Assembly: GCA_965217895.1 (NCBI GenBank)
Contig: CBDCJV010000002.1
Location: 5,056,001 to 5,120,000, forward strand
Length of the DNA stretch: 64,000 nt
Reading direction: 5' to 3'
Origin: Waterburya sp.
GTDB lineage: Bacteria; Cyanobacteriota; Cyanobacteriia; Cyanobacteriales; Xenococcaceae
The first letter of the stretch is position 1. The number at the start of each line of letters is the position of its first letter. The translations under genes were made by a program, and so were the position numbers. The notes beneath the pieces were generated by a model. That model worked only from the letters and a program-made list of their open reading frames with translations. It was not told the origin of the DNA and ran no database searches. Positions 32,723-43,443 of this stretch are shown piece by piece.

Positions 32723-34891
32723 TTAATCGCCAGATTGGGGTAATAATTTAAACTTGGCAACTTCAGCTAAAGGCAGAGAAATTTGTACTGTTGTCCCTTG
32801 TCCTTCCCCGCCACTGTATAAGGATATATGACCCTGCATCAATTCGATTAGATTGCGAGAGATGGCTAAACCCAGGCCAGTACCACCAAATTTGCGAGTA
32901 GTTGAGCCATCTGCCATAACAAATGGATTAAATAATTTATCCTGCTGGCTTTTCTCAATCCCAATTCCCGAATCTTCTATAGTCAGTAGAACTTGCTGTG
33001 AGGGTTCTAATTCCCCATAGCTAAAGTTACTGCTGTGATAATTTTGCGCGCTCGGCAAATTAGGTTTTAAGTCAGCATTCCCAAGCCAGTCCGTTGGGCG
33101 GGTTTCCCGACTTGAAGGAACTGACGTTTGCGTCTTACGCGGATGCGGGATCTGACTTTTGGTTTTGAACAGCCTTGGCTCATATTTCTGTGAGGGGTCA
33201 TAATAGTCTCCAGAAGCTAGCAGATATTGATGCTCTGCCTCCCCAATAATTTCTTCGATAATCTCGACTTTGATAGCAATAGTGCCTTGTTCGGTAAATT
33301 TGACGGCATTGCTGACCACATTGATTAATACTTGCTTAAGCTTGGCTGGGTCTGCTAAAACAGAGATATTCTCTGACCAAATTGGTCGATCTAAGGTCAG
33401 ATTTTTATGCTGAATTGAGACTAAATGCAAATCAACTACTTCGTTCAGTATTTTTTGCAGATCGACTTTTTCAATCACTACAGAAAGCTTACCCGCCTCA
33501 ATTTTAGAAATATCTAGCACATCGTTAATAATTCCTAATAAATGGATCGCAGCATCATCTGCCTGCTGCAAAAATTCTCGCTCTTCTTCTTTATTATCAC
33601 AGTAGCCATCTCGCACAATGCGAATACAGTTAATAATCCCGTTGAGGGGGGTTCGCAATTCATGGGAGGTAGTTGCTAGAAATTCGCTCTTGAGTTTATT
33701 AGCAGCTTGAGCTTCTTGCCAAGCCGAGACAATTTCTTCTCCCCAGGCTCGTAAGCGACTAACCATATCATTGAGAGCTAGAGAAAGCTGATTAAATTCA
33801 CGGATTTGGAAATTTTCTGGCAGGCGATCGCTAGTAGACTGAAAATGATCTTCTTTAAGAGAATAGTCTCTAATCCGCTCTAGAGGACGAGCCAACTCCC
33901 GCGAAACATATAAAGTAGCTAAGGAGCAGGCTGCAATTAACCCTAAAGTCATACCGACTAAAGCCTGGCGAATATCCTTTAGGGGTTCAAGGGCTGCATC
34001 AATCGGGCTAACCGCCAAAATGATCCACTTTTCTTTACTGCTAGCGGTTACAGGAGAAGGAATAGAGCTATATCCTGCTACTAACTCTACACCATCGGTT
34101 TCCAAATAAAATAAATGGAGAAAATCAGGCTTGTTGGCGATCGCATTTTTCATCAAGTCATTTAATCTGGGAAAATCGGGCATCTGCTTGATATTCCTTC
34201 CTACCCGCTGCTCAAAAGGATGAGCCAAAATAGTGCCATCTTCATCGATGACAACGGGATAACCCTCCAAAGAGCCTGGTTCAATAATTTCTTGAGCTAA
34301 AATAGCCGACTTGACGCTAAGAGCATAACGAAGGTTGCCATTTTGATCGTAAACTGGAGCAGTTAACCAGAGTTTTAGCTGTCGTCGTAGGGGATTTTCA
34401 TCCGCATCTTCTGAATCTTGCACCAAAGAAGTTGACGGAATTAATAACTTGACATTTATTTGCGCAGGAGTGGTTAAAATCTGTTGCTTCTTCTTTTGCC
34501 AAGTAGTACTTTCTAGTTCTACTGGTTCTTTGCAGTTGCTGGCAGCTATTTCATTAGTATTGAGATCTGTAATTTGAGCGCATAAGATATCTGCGGGTAA
34601 TACTTGTTTTAACTGGGCGATATATTTTTCAGGGTCAAATGTATTTGAACTTTTGATCGCTGCATCACTTGCAGTAGCCAAATTATTACGGAGAGCCTTT
34701 GTTGATTGTTGAATAATTTCTCCTTTTCTGACGGCACTTTCTGTCAAGTTTTGTCTAGCGGTTTCTAAAAAAGCCGATCTGGCTTTTTGATAAGTAACGT
34801 ACACTCCTACTAGCAAAACTGGCACGCTAACTAAAAGAATGCGCGAGAGTAATATACGTCGAAAGGAAGATTGACCAATTGCCATAGTCAA
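32723..34891 (-). CDS. Membrane sensor histidine kinase (Cache-like sensor, HAMP, HisKA, HATPase with insertion)
   Basis: Two TM helices, H-box SHELRTPLNG, N-box NAVKFT, G-boxes DSGIGI and GGTGLGL. Confidence 0.9.
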   Translation of the reverse strand: MTMAIGQSSFRRILLSRILLVSVPVLLVGVYVTYQKARSAFLETARQNLTESAVRKGEIIQQSTKALRNNLATASDAAIKSSNTFDPEKYIAQLKQVLPADILCAQITDLNTNEIAASNCKEPVELESTTWQKKKQQILTTPAQINVKLLIPSTSLVQDSEDADENPLRRQLKLWLTAPVYDQNGNLRYALSVKSAILAQEIIEPGSLEGYPVVIDEDGTILAHPFEQRVGRNIKQMPDFPRLNDLMKNAIANKPDFLHLFYLETDGVELVAGYSSIPSPVTASSKEKWIILAVSPIDAALEPLKDIRQALVGMTLGLIAACSLATLYVSRELARPLERIRDYSLKEDHFQSTSDRLPENFQIREFNQLSLALNDMVSRLRAWGEEIVSAWQEAQAANKLKSEFLATTSHELRTPLNGIINCIRIVRDGYCDNKEEEREFLQQADDAAIHLLGIINDVLDISKIEAGKLSVVIEKVDLQKILNEVVDLHLVSIQHKNLTLDRPIWSENISVLADPAKLKQVLINVVSNAVKFTEQGTIAIKVEIIEEIIGEAEHQYLLASGDYYDPSQKYEPRLFKTKSQIPHPRKTQTSVPSSRETRPTDWLGNADLKPNLPSAQNYHSSNFSYGELEPSQQVLLTIEDSGIGIEKSQQDKLFNPFVMADGSTTRKFGGTGLGLAISRNLIELMQGHISLYSGGEGQGTTVQISLPLAEVAKFKLLPQSGD
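33084..33127. repeat. Small GC-rich dispersed repeat (SDR-like) inside the kinase coding sequence
   Basis: AGCCAGTCCGTTGGGCGGGTTTCCCGACTTGAAGGAACTGACGT; self-complementary and matches from memory a common cyanobacterial small repeat. Confidence 0.6.
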
Positions 34892-35046
34892 AGGTTTAGG
34901 CTCACGCTTAAACTATATCTCTATTATTGTATTTTAATGATATCCATTCAAATATCATTTGCCCTACCTGTAGGTAAAAAATGAAGTAAGCATGGTTGTC
35001 AAAAGCCTTTAACTAAACGACACGGTAGAATTTATTTTTATTTTTA

Positions 35047-35766
35047 ATGAACAATAGACCGCAAATTACAGCTATTTTAGCAATGACTGCCGATGGCAAA
35101 ATTGCTGACTATCAAAGATCTCCTGCTCGTTTTGGTTCTGCCAACGATAAAATACACCTAGAAAAACAGGTTTCTTTAGCAGATGGAGTATTATTTGGTG
35201 CTGATACTTTAAGAGCTTACGGTACAACCATGTCCGTATCCAATTTTAAGTTGATCCAGGGACGAATAGAGCGATCGCAATCATTACAGCCAGTACAAAT
35301 TGTAGTTTCAGCATCAGCAAATTTCGATCCTGACTGGCGTTTTTTTCAGCAGTCAATACCACGATGGTTATTAACTGTACCCAGTGGCGCAGAATTATGG
35401 CGGGGTAAAAAAGAATTTGAGCGTATTTTGATTATTCACGGTACTAAAGAAAACAACTCGACGATTAATTGGGCATCAACCTTGGTACAGCTAGACGGAT
35501 TAGGGTTAAAAAAACTAGCCATCCTCGGTGGAGGAGAATTAGTAGCATCTCTTTTCGCGGTAGATTTAATCGATGAGCTTTGGTTAACCGTTTGTCCCGT
35601 AATTTTTGGGGGTAACAGTTCTCCTTCTCCCGTTGGCGGAGTTGGGTTTTTGCAGTCTCAAGGAAAAAAGCTAAAATTGCTAAAAGCCAAGCAGGTTAAT
35701 GAAGAAATTTTTCTCCACTATCGAGTACTAAACAATGGACAATTATCAATAAACAATTATCAATGA
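35047..35766 (+). CDS. RibD C-terminal (reductase) domain protein
   Basis: LAMTADGKIA, LFGADTLR and ILGGGEL...IDELWLTVCPVIFGG motifs. Confidence 0.85.
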   Translation: MNNRPQITAILAMTADGKIADYQRSPARFGSANDKIHLEKQVSLADGVLFGADTLRAYGTTMSVSNFKLIQGRIERSQSLQPVQIVVSASANFDPDWRFFQQSIPRWLLTVPSGAELWRGKKEFERILIIHGTKENNSTINWASTLVQLDGLGLKKLAILGGGELVASLFAVDLIDELWLTVCPVIFGGNSSPSPVGGVGFLQSQGKKLKLLKAKQVNEEIFLHYRVLNNGQLSINNYQ

Positions 35767-35828
35767 ACGATTATCAATTTGCGTTTTTAGATCTTTGCTA
35801 TCTTAAAAAACTACGGATTTCTTATTAG

Positions 35829-36908
35829 ATGGGTTTTGATACATATTTTGCTGATTCTTATCTAGAGGCGCGTCAAAATTTTCTAACTTCTTGTTTAGAT
35901 GAAGCAACTTTAATTAAGTCGTGGCAGCATCCTTTAAGGGGTATGGCAGGAGAAAAACTATATGTCGATTTGGCTTGGTTTGGCAGTCTTGCTGCCCAAA
36001 AAGTCTTAATATTATTATCGGCAACTCATGGAGTAGAAGGATTTGGCGGTTCTGGTATTCAGGTAAGTTCGCTCAAAAGCAATTGGCATAAACAGGCTGA
36101 TAATGATGTAGCTATAGTTATGATTCATGGACTTAACCCGTGGGGAATGAGTTATTGTCGGCGCGTTAATGAAGATGGAGTAGATCTAAACCGTAATTTT
36201 CTCGATTTTGGGCAGCCTTTACCCAAAAACTCTTTTTACAATGATTTAGCAGATATTATTGTTCCCTCAGAATGGACAATAGAAACTCAAAGACAAACTC
36301 TACAGCAGCTATTTGAGTATCTGTATAGTCATGAATTCTCAGTCGAAGCATTAGCTCAAGGACAATACAGCCATTGGTATGCGCCTTTTTATGGTGGAGA
36401 AGTTTCTACTTGGTCAAATCGTATTTTTCAGAAGATATTTGCTCAATATTTTCAAAATAAGCAAGCAGTTGGCTTACTTGATTATCATACGGGATTAGGA
36501 CAGTACGCCACTGGTCAACTTATGGGCATCGCTAATAATGCTCGCACTGCTAATTTAGCTGCAACCATTTGGGGCGATAAATTAGTTATGACTGGTTCGG
36601 CTAACTCGGTTGCTGTCTACAAACCTCACGGAACATTAATTGCTACTCTACAAAACAACTTATGTCAATCAATTTGTCTTGCTGCTGCTTATGAATTTGG
36701 CACAATACCAGAAACTGAAGTATTTGATGCGCTGCGCGCCGATCACTGGCTATATTATCACGGAGACTTGAATAGTAACCATGCCCAAATAATTAGACAA
36801 GGAATGATCGATGCTTTTTATAATCACGATCCTGATTGGCAAGAATCAATCTGCCATCTTGCTTTTACCGCCCAAGCAGAACTATTGGCAGGTTTAAAAT
36901 CTCTCTAG
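35829..36908 (+). CDS. M14-like zinc carboxypeptidase family protein (DUF2817-like)
   Basis: SATHGVEG, NPWG...RRVNEDGVDLNRNF, DYHTGLG and EFGT motifs. Confidence 0.75.
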   Translation: MGFDTYFADSYLEARQNFLTSCLDEATLIKSWQHPLRGMAGEKLYVDLAWFGSLAAQKVLILLSATHGVEGFGGSGIQVSSLKSNWHKQADNDVAIVMIHGLNPWGMSYCRRVNEDGVDLNRNFLDFGQPLPKNSFYNDLADIIVPSEWTIETQRQTLQQLFEYLYSHEFSVEALAQGQYSHWYAPFYGGEVSTWSNRIFQKIFAQYFQNKQAVGLLDYHTGLGQYATGQLMGIANNARTANLAATIWGDKLVMTGSANSVAVYKPHGTLIATLQNNLCQSICLAAAYEFGTIPETEVFDALRADHWLYYHGDLNSNHAQIIRQGMIDAFYNHDPDWQESICHLAFTAQAELLAGLKSL

Positions 36909-37068
36909 GTTATTTCTTTCCTTATCAAAATAATTCTTAACAATCTTTAGTTTTTAACCTTTTTTTAACTGTGGAATACAAAACATTAACTGCTATTTTC
37001 TTAATAGAAGATTTCTGATAATATTTGCTGTAGTGCTTCTATATTGTTGATATGTTCAACACTTAAAA

Positions 37069-37389
37069 ATGAGTTTAAAAATAGTCAAGAATTATGATAC
37101 AAGCTTCGCTCTTGATTCGGCAGCTAAAGACATTTTATTTAGCTTGTTGACAAATAAAACTTTTACCGACCAGATTAGCCAAAGACTTAACGAAAACAAG
37201 ATTCATTTTACTAACCAAGTTTTTCAACCTGTTCCCTATAGCCAACATACTCCCAAGGGAATGCCTCCTGAGTTTGAGAGATATCATGGTTCAGATGACT
37301 ACATTATTATCAATGTGCCACCAAATTTTATGTTCCAAGCAAAAATTTTTAAGCCTAGTCGTTTGTGTGCCATTTATCGTAAGCTTTAA
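37069..37389 (+). CDS. Hypothetical protein
   Basis: Clean 106-aa ORF in its own intergenic space, followed by a terminator-like hairpin. Confidence 0.65.
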   Translation: MSLKIVKNYDTSFALDSAAKDILFSLLTNKTFTDQISQRLNENKIHFTNQVFQPVPYSQHTPKGMPPEFERYHGSDDYIIINVPPNFMFQAKIFKPSRLCAIYRKL

Positions 37390-37430
37390 CTAGCTTTACC
37401 TAATTGAGCAGACATAGATAATAAAGTTTT

Positions 37431-37462
37431 AGTTGGGGGAAAATATTCCCCTTAACTTATTT
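37431..37462 (+). terminator. Probable intrinsic terminator
   Basis: AGTTGGGGGAA..TTCCCCTTAACT stem followed by TATTT. Confidence 0.5.
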
Positions 37463-37477
37463 CTTGATAGATTGACA

Positions 37478-37596
37478 TAAGTTAGGTAGGACAAATTAAT
37501 TAGAAGAGAGTCTCGTTACTTGAGTAACGAGTAACGAAAATAGAGCGTAATATCTTGCTTACGCTTGTTTTACATTTAATCTTACCCACCCACTTA
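37478..37596. mobile_element. Degenerate MITE-like element
   Basis: Imperfect inverted ends TAAGTTAGGTAGGACAAATTA and TAATCTTACCCACCCACTTA; a related end TAAGTAGGTAGGAGACAATAAA lies near 30669. Confidence 0.45.
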
Positions 37597-37812
37597 ACTA
37601 AAATTGAAAAATTAATTTAACTTTAAAGGTGCGTAGCGGTTGCGTAGCAAGTCGTTAGACTCAACCATACCGTAGGCGACACGAAGTTAGTCCTTTATGG
37701 CTTATTGCCACATTAAAAACAAAGATTAAGCTTAAGATAAATAAAGGCTACGGACAATACAGTAAGAGTAGCCCAACAAAATATAATTAATATTTAGCAG
37801 CAATTAATAATT

Positions 37813-38352
37813 ATGTCTATCCAAGTCGAAATCCCATCTCTTTCAAGTTTGGAATATTTGACGTATTTAAACAATGATGGGTGCATTGATGAAGATATTC
37901 AAGGAAAAATAGGCGTTTATGCAATTTTTGATCGAACTCAAGAATTGCAGTATGTAGGCTATTCACGCGACGTTTATCTCAGCCTCAAGCAGCATCTAAT
38001 TCGCCAACCTGAAAACTGTTATTGGGTGAAGCTACAAACTATTACTCGCCCCAGTCGCAAAATTTTAGACGATATTGCCTCGGCTTGGATAGCTGAAAAT
38101 GGCAAAACTCCTATGGGAAATGACATTGAACAGTCTCTTTGGAGCGAACCTATTGATGCTAATCCGACTATGACAGAGGAAGAAAAGGCACAATATCAGC
38201 AAAACGATGAGTTAGGACAAACTAAAATACGAAAAAAAGTAGCCAGACGAGTAGAAGCCAAAATTCAGCAGCAACTGAGCGATCGCGGAGTTAAAATGAA
38301 TATTCGCTTCAATCCTAAACTAAAGGAAAAAGGTCTATTAGACTTAAAGTAA
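37813..38352 (+). CDS. GIY-YIG nuclease family protein (cyanobacterial type)
   Basis: IGVYAIFD...LQYVGYSRD..LKQH motif. Confidence 0.8.
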   Translation: MSIQVEIPSLSSLEYLTYLNNDGCIDEDIQGKIGVYAIFDRTQELQYVGYSRDVYLSLKQHLIRQPENCYWVKLQTITRPSRKILDDIASAWIAENGKTPMGNDIEQSLWSEPIDANPTMTEEEKAQYQQNDELGQTKIRKKVARRVEAKIQQQLSDRGVKMNIRFNPKLKEKGLLDLK

Positions 38353-38456
38353 ATAATCTTTATTTGAAGTTGTCATCGGCTGTACCAATTAATTCATAAT
38401 CGTCTTTAACTATAAAACCGAGTCCTAAATTAATTATCACTCGATACACATAAAGT

Positions 38457-40208
38457 ATGAAAGCTGTATTGCTAAACAACCGCTATCGCATCATCAAAAC
38501 TTTAGGGAGGGGAGGTTTTGGTGAGACATATTTAACTGAAGATACTCATATGCCTTCAGGGCGTAAGTGTGTGTTAAAGCAGCTTAAACCAATCGTCAAG
38601 CAACCAACAACTCCTTTGTGGATGAAGGAAAGGTTTCAGCGAGAAGCAGCAATATTAGAAGAGTTAGGGCAAGGCAGCAGCCAAATTCCTCGGCTTTATG
38701 CTTATTTTTCTGAAGACGACAAGTTTTACTTAGTGCAGGAGTGGATTGAAGGGCTGACCCTAGAGCAATACTGGGAACAATTCGGCAATTTGCACCGCGA
38801 TGAGGTTCGGCAAATTCTAGCAAAGCTTTTACCTGTATTAAGTTATGTTCACAGCCGTCGTATTATTCATCGAGATATCAAGCCTGAAAATATTATTCTC
38901 CGCCAAGGAGACAAACAACCATTTTTAATTGACTTTGGGGCGGTAAAAGAGGCGATCGCCACAGAAGTAAATCAATCTGGTAGTACTTTTTCCGCTTCTA
39001 TTGGTACTCCTGGCTATATGTCCTCAGAGCAAGCAGCAGGTCGTCCTATATACTCTAGCGATCTTTATAGCTTGGGCTTGACCGCAATTTTCTTACTCAC
39101 GGGAAAATCTCCTAATGAACTGGAGACTGACCCCCAAAATGGCGAAATTGTTTGGATAGAACACGCCTTTAATCTGGATTCTGAATTAATTGCTATACTC
39201 GATCGAGCAATTAAGTTTCATCCTCGCGATCGCTTTAGCACTGCTCAAGAAATGCTAAATGCTCTTAATAGCGGATTTAATACTGCTCAATCTAGCAATC
39301 TTACAGGAGCAACCTTAAATCTTGCCCCGGGGATAAATTCCCTCGTTAACAACCATACGTTTCCAGAAAATAGCAGTAATACTGTCGTAGCATCTAAAAA
39401 TAGCAAAAAGCCCAAAAAACGTAATTGGTTAGCAACTATGGGTTTATTTGTTCTAATTGCTACGGGAGTTGCCGCAGGAACTTTAGCGACAGGTTTTATC
39501 GTCATTTCTAATTTATTAAAATCTTCCGAACCAACCCAAGAACAAGCTCAGGTTCAGCAACAGCAACAGACTCGCAAACCAGATATATTTCAACCCACCG
39601 AAAAAAAAGCACAAGAAGTACCCACAACAAAAGAGAAAAAAAATAGAGACGAAATTCAACAAGCAAAACTAGAAAAAATTGCTTTAAAGATTAAAAAAGA
39701 AGAGCAATCGGCAACAGAAGTACAGGCAAATGATTCAGCAGCAACTACAGATAACAAACAACCCAAGACTTTAGCCAAGGTCGATTTAGATTCAGCATCA
39801 GAAATAAATATACCAATTTTGACTACAGGAACGTCGGAAAGTCAGCTAGTCAGCACTTTAGGACAACCAACTTCTGAGAGAACAGGCTGGCAGCCAAACA
39901 GCAAAGTTCTTGATTACTACAATGTAATTCCCGATCGCGTCAATCTTAGTTATCAGTCAGATAATACAGGTACAATACGTCAAACAGATATAGCTCTTAA
40001 TCAATCAGTAAGCTTAGGAACAATGCAGCAAACCCTAACTAAACTGTTGGGAGGGGATGCCCCGGCTGATATTAAAGAAAAATTACGCAGCGTTTATAAT
40101 CGTCAAACCAACTTTAGTTTTTTCAAGTTAAATAATTTAGAGGGCAAGGTTCAGCGAGATAGCAAAGATAGAATCAATATTTCCGTCTGGGAAAAAGGAT
40201 TTCAGTAA
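38457..40208 (+). CDS. Hanks-type Ser/Thr protein kinase with TM helix and extracytoplasmic domain
   Basis: LGRGGFG, HRDIKPEN, DFG, GTPGY and SDLYSLG motifs; TM after KKPKKRNW. Confidence 0.93.
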   Translation: MKAVLLNNRYRIIKTLGRGGFGETYLTEDTHMPSGRKCVLKQLKPIVKQPTTPLWMKERFQREAAILEELGQGSSQIPRLYAYFSEDDKFYLVQEWIEGLTLEQYWEQFGNLHRDEVRQILAKLLPVLSYVHSRRIIHRDIKPENIILRQGDKQPFLIDFGAVKEAIATEVNQSGSTFSASIGTPGYMSSEQAAGRPIYSSDLYSLGLTAIFLLTGKSPNELETDPQNGEIVWIEHAFNLDSELIAILDRAIKFHPRDRFSTAQEMLNALNSGFNTAQSSNLTGATLNLAPGINSLVNNHTFPENSSNTVVASKNSKKPKKRNWLATMGLFVLIATGVAAGTLATGFIVISNLLKSSEPTQEQAQVQQQQQTRKPDIFQPTEKKAQEVPTTKEKKNRDEIQQAKLEKIALKIKKEEQSATEVQANDSAATTDNKQPKTLAKVDLDSASEINIPILTTGTSESQLVSTLGQPTSERTGWQPNSKVLDYYNVIPDRVNLSYQSDNTGTIRQTDIALNQSVSLGTMQQTLTKLLGGDAPADIKEKLRSVYNRQTNFSFFKLNNLEGKVQRDSKDRINISVWEKGFQ

Positions 40209-40330
40209 CGAGTGGAGATTAAATAAAACTTTTCTTTTTAAAGCGATCGCCTTATCACATTAAAAATATCCTATGATTAAAATAAATGTAGAAAAACTTC
40301 TCTAAAATTTCTAGTGATATTGAAAAAAAT

Positions 40331-40573
40331 ATGTTTGTAATAGCTATAAGACTTATTGCCCTTTTAGCAATCTCTTACTTATTTGGTCTGCTAGTGGCTT
40401 TGCTATTTTCGCTGTTTAACAAAGATAACGGTGGTGATGACTTTAGCCAAGGCGATCCCGATGCTCCTCAACCACCCGAACCAGGAAAAACCTTGAAGCA
40501 AAAAGGTAAGAAGCGATTAGTGGAAGTTGATGAATTCTATTATCTTGAAGAATTTGACTTGACTAAGAAATGA
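40331..40573 (+). CDS. Small membrane-anchored hypothetical protein
   Basis: 80-aa ORF with a hydrophobic N-terminus and a Gly/Asp/Pro-rich segment. Confidence 0.55.
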   Translation: MFVIAIRLIALLAISYLFGLLVALLFSLFNKDNGGDDFSQGDPDAPQPPEPGKTLKQKGKKRLVEVDEFYYLEEFDLTKK

Positions 40574-40594
40574 TCCTGGATTTAGTAAAGCAGG

Positions 40595-40651
40595 GTGGGC
40601 AAATAACAAGAGCTAAATTCAAAGACGCACTTTAAAACCAAATTTGCCCAC
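40595..40651. repeat. Inverted repeat between convergent genes (REP-like or bidirectional terminator)
   Basis: GTGGGCAAAT ... ATTTGCCCAC. Confidence 0.5.
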
Positions 40652-40673
40652 TTCAAAAGATATAGAGTAATTA

Positions 40674-41429
40674 TTACATCGTTGCAAAAAGCTGTTCCCA
40701 GTTAGTAATAGCAAGTCTTTCTCCTTCATTGGCAATAGAAAAGGCTTTATCAATTGTAATGTCATAAAATAATGACTCTACGCAGACATTAGCTACGTCA
40801 ACCCGACTTGCTTCACCGTTAAGATTGTCTCCGAGTTTAATCTTTATAGCTTTTTTGCCATCGGTCTTAGCGTGTAATAAAGTATTTAGATCGTAAGAAG
40901 TGTAAGGACCATCGATCAATCTTCCAGGGCGGATGATAGTGTAAGGTAAGCCAGAGGCAATTATGGCTTTTTCTCCCATGAGTTTGGCATCTAAAACTCC
41001 AAAAGCATTAAGAATATTATAGGGAAGCTCATCTTTGCGTAATACGCCACAGGAGGAAACAAAAACAAACCGCTTTAAATCTTGAGGTGCAGCAGCTAAT
41101 AGATTTTTTACACCTTCACCGTCTACAGCTTCAGGGCTATTAGCAGGCTGAAATAAGTTAGCAAAGTCCCATTTCAAAGATGGAAAAGCAGTTGTTCCCG
41201 TACAGCAAATAATATAATTAATGCCGTTAGTAGCTTCAGCAAGAGTATTCGGGTAACGAATATCCCCCTCAACTATTTCTACTCTACCTTCAAACATAGA
41301 TTCGGCTTTAGATCTACTTCTAGTTAAAGCCCGAACGCTCAAGTCTTTTGCCAATAATTTTGCCACCACAAGTTGTCCTACTCCACCAGTAGCACCAGCA
41401 ACCAAAATTTTGTCTGAATTAGTAATCAT
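40674..41429 (-). CDS. NAD(P)-binding atypical SDR (NmrA/TIC62-like)
   Basis: LVAGATGGVG, YTIIRPGRL and SRVDVA motifs. Confidence 0.85.
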   Translation of the reverse strand: MITNSDKILVAGATGGVGQLVVAKLLAKDLSVRALTRSRSKAESMFEGRVEIVEGDIRYPNTLAEATNGINYIICCTGTTAFPSLKWDFANLFQPANSPEAVDGEGVKNLLAAAPQDLKRFVFVSSCGVLRKDELPYNILNAFGVLDAKLMGEKAIIASGLPYTIIRPGRLIDGPYTSYDLNTLLHAKTDGKKAIKIKLGDNLNGEASRVDVANVCVESLFYDITIDKAFSIANEGERLAITNWEQLFATM

Positions 41430-41625
41430 ATTATTTTTAATTTAAAGCTTACAGATCATTTTAAAAGCTTTTGACGATCGTAGAGCGATCGCCTGAAGCG
41501 GTAAATTGCTCAAGAAATATTGGCTAGTGTTGGTACACAGATATGCGCCATGCTTAAATCAGCAGTCGAATAGGTAGCAGCCACAGCTATTTAATTTATC
41601 TTAAATAATTAGCATCGGGTGCAGT

Positions 41626-43443
41626 TTAATTAAAAACCTCTCCTGTTTCTTGTAAAGAATGAAGGCGGTGATAAATACCGCCCTGGTTTAGTAATTCCGA
41701 GTGACTGCCTACTTCAATTATTTTCCCTGCGTCTAACACCACAATCTTGTCAGCTTCGCGAATAGTGCTGAGACGGTGAGCGATAATAAGGGTGGTGCGA
41801 GTACCTAATATAGACTTCATGGCTAGCTGAATCGAGCGTTCTGATTCATAGTCTAGGCTAGATGTTGCCTCGTCAAAAATTAGGATATCGGGATCGACTA
41901 CTAACGCTCGTGCAATGCCTAAACGTTGTTTTTGTCCGCCAGAAAGCCTTACGCCTCTTTCTCCGACTACAGTTGAATATCCTTGGGGTAATTCATCAAT
42001 AAATTCGTCAACTCTGGCGATGCGACAGGCTTGTTTGACTTTTTCTCGGTCTGCTTGAAGATTACCGTAGATCAGGTTATCCCAGACTGTACCATTAAAT
42101 ATATCTACATCCTGATGGACGATCGCCAGTCGGCGACGATAGTGTGCCACATTTAGGGTGCGAATATCTTCCCCGTCGATTAAAATTGACCCTTGATTGG
42201 GTTCAAAATAGCGAAATAATAGCTTAACTAAAGTAGACTTTCCCGAACCAGAACGACCAACTAAAGCGACAGTCTGATAGGGTTTTACTAGCAGGTTGAT
42301 ATCTTGCAAAATGAGGCGATCGCGATCGTATCCAAAGCTAAGATGATTCAGTTCTAACTTACCCTGAAATTTATAGGGATTATTTCCCGCATCTTCTTTT
42401 ACTAAACTGGCAGCATCCACTCCAGATTCTAGCTTCATAAAGTCGTGAAAACGTCTCATTGAAGCATAGCGACGGGCAAAGATTTCGGCTAGTTGGCTAA
42501 TAGGCTCTAATTCGGCATAAGCCATGCTAGAAACCGTCAAAGTAGTCACAAAATGACCAAGAGTAATGTTACCCCTAACGGTAGAAATCAAGGTAAATAA
42601 GAGAACTAAAAAGACACAGGTTTGAATTACAGTCCGTGACCAGGTGATCAGATTTACATAACCCTTGTGGATGCGATAGTTGACGTATTTAAATTCTCTT
42701 TCAAATCGCTGTTGTTGCCTAGAATATTCTTGAGCTTCGGTAGCAAAAGATTTGACGGTTTTGATATTGGTAATAATTTCTGAGGTACGACTTTCAGTAT
42801 TTTCCTGATGCTTTGCCAATAATTCTTCTTTAGCAACTAGAAACTGTAGGTGTTTGAGGCTGTATCCTAGAATCACAACAAAAGAAAGCAAAAAAGCGAT
42901 CGCAATTCCTGGTGCAATAAACAAGATCATCACAAAAATACCCAAGATACGCGCCAGCTTAGGAAGCAACTGCCCCGCAATTTCTGGATATGTCCAGGTA
43001 TGATTTTCAATGCCTCTAGCTATTCTGCCCGCAATGCGCCCAGGATTATTCTCATCGTAATAACCCAAGGGTAAGGTTAGAATCTTGCCTACCACTTTAC
43101 TAAAGTGATCCCGCCTTGTCCTCAAAGCAATATCCCAGTGATACCATACCCCAATCCAGGGCTGGATTGGCGATCGCACCACCGTAACGATAAAAATTAC
43201 TCCTAGCAATACACTCAAAGATAACCATTGAGAGTTAGGAAAGTTGCCCAAATTTTGCACTAGAACAATTAAAGCAGCCACTGGGGCATCCAATGGCTGA
43301 TTAGACAAGACATTAAGAATCTGTCCAATACCGTAGGGGACTACCAAATCAATAATTTCAAATAGGCTAGAAGCAGCGATACTAAAAATTGCGATCGCTC
43401 TATACTTACGAAAATAGCCAACAAGATCGCGCCAAGAAGACAT
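41626..43443 (-). CDS. ABC exporter, fused permease and ATPase
   Basis: TM domain, Walker A GRSGSGKST, LSGGQ, FDEATSSLD and IAHRLST; ATG at 43443 preferred over the upstream TTG. Confidence 0.92.
   Translation of the reverse strand: MSSWRDLVGYFRKYRAIAIFSIAASSLFEIIDLVVPYGIGQILNVLSNQPLDAPVAALIVLVQNLGNFPNSQWLSLSVLLGVIFIVTVVRSPIQPWIGVWYHWDIALRTRRDHFSKVVGKILTLPLGYYDENNPGRIAGRIARGIENHTWTYPEIAGQLLPKLARILGIFVMILFIAPGIAIAFLLSFVVILGYSLKHLQFLVAKEELLAKHQENTESRTSEIITNIKTVKSFATEAQEYSRQQQRFEREFKYVNYRIHKGYVNLITWSRTVIQTCVFLVLLFTLISTVRGNITLGHFVTTLTVSSMAYAELEPISQLAEIFARRYASMRRFHDFMKLESGVDAASLVKEDAGNNPYKFQGKLELNHLSFGYDRDRLILQDINLLVKPYQTVALVGRSGSGKSTLVKLLFRYFEPNQGSILIDGEDIRTLNVAHYRRRLAIVHQDVDIFNGTVWDNLIYGNLQADREKVKQACRIARVDEFIDELPQGYSTVVGERGVRLSGGQKQRLGIARALVVDPDILIFDEATSSLDYESERSIQLAMKSILGTRTTLIIAHRLSTIREADKIVVLDAGKIIEVGSHSELLNQGGIYHRLHSLQETGEVFN

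Noticed and set aside
31111..35780. CRISPR-like arrays at the short tandem repeats (31111-31149, about 35738-35778)
   Set aside because: 7/14-nt units with no spacers and no cas genes; ordinary STRR-type repeats.
37813..38352. Homing endonuclease or mobile intron
   Set aside because: A free-standing GIY-YIG protein of the common cyanobacterial type with no interrupted host gene.
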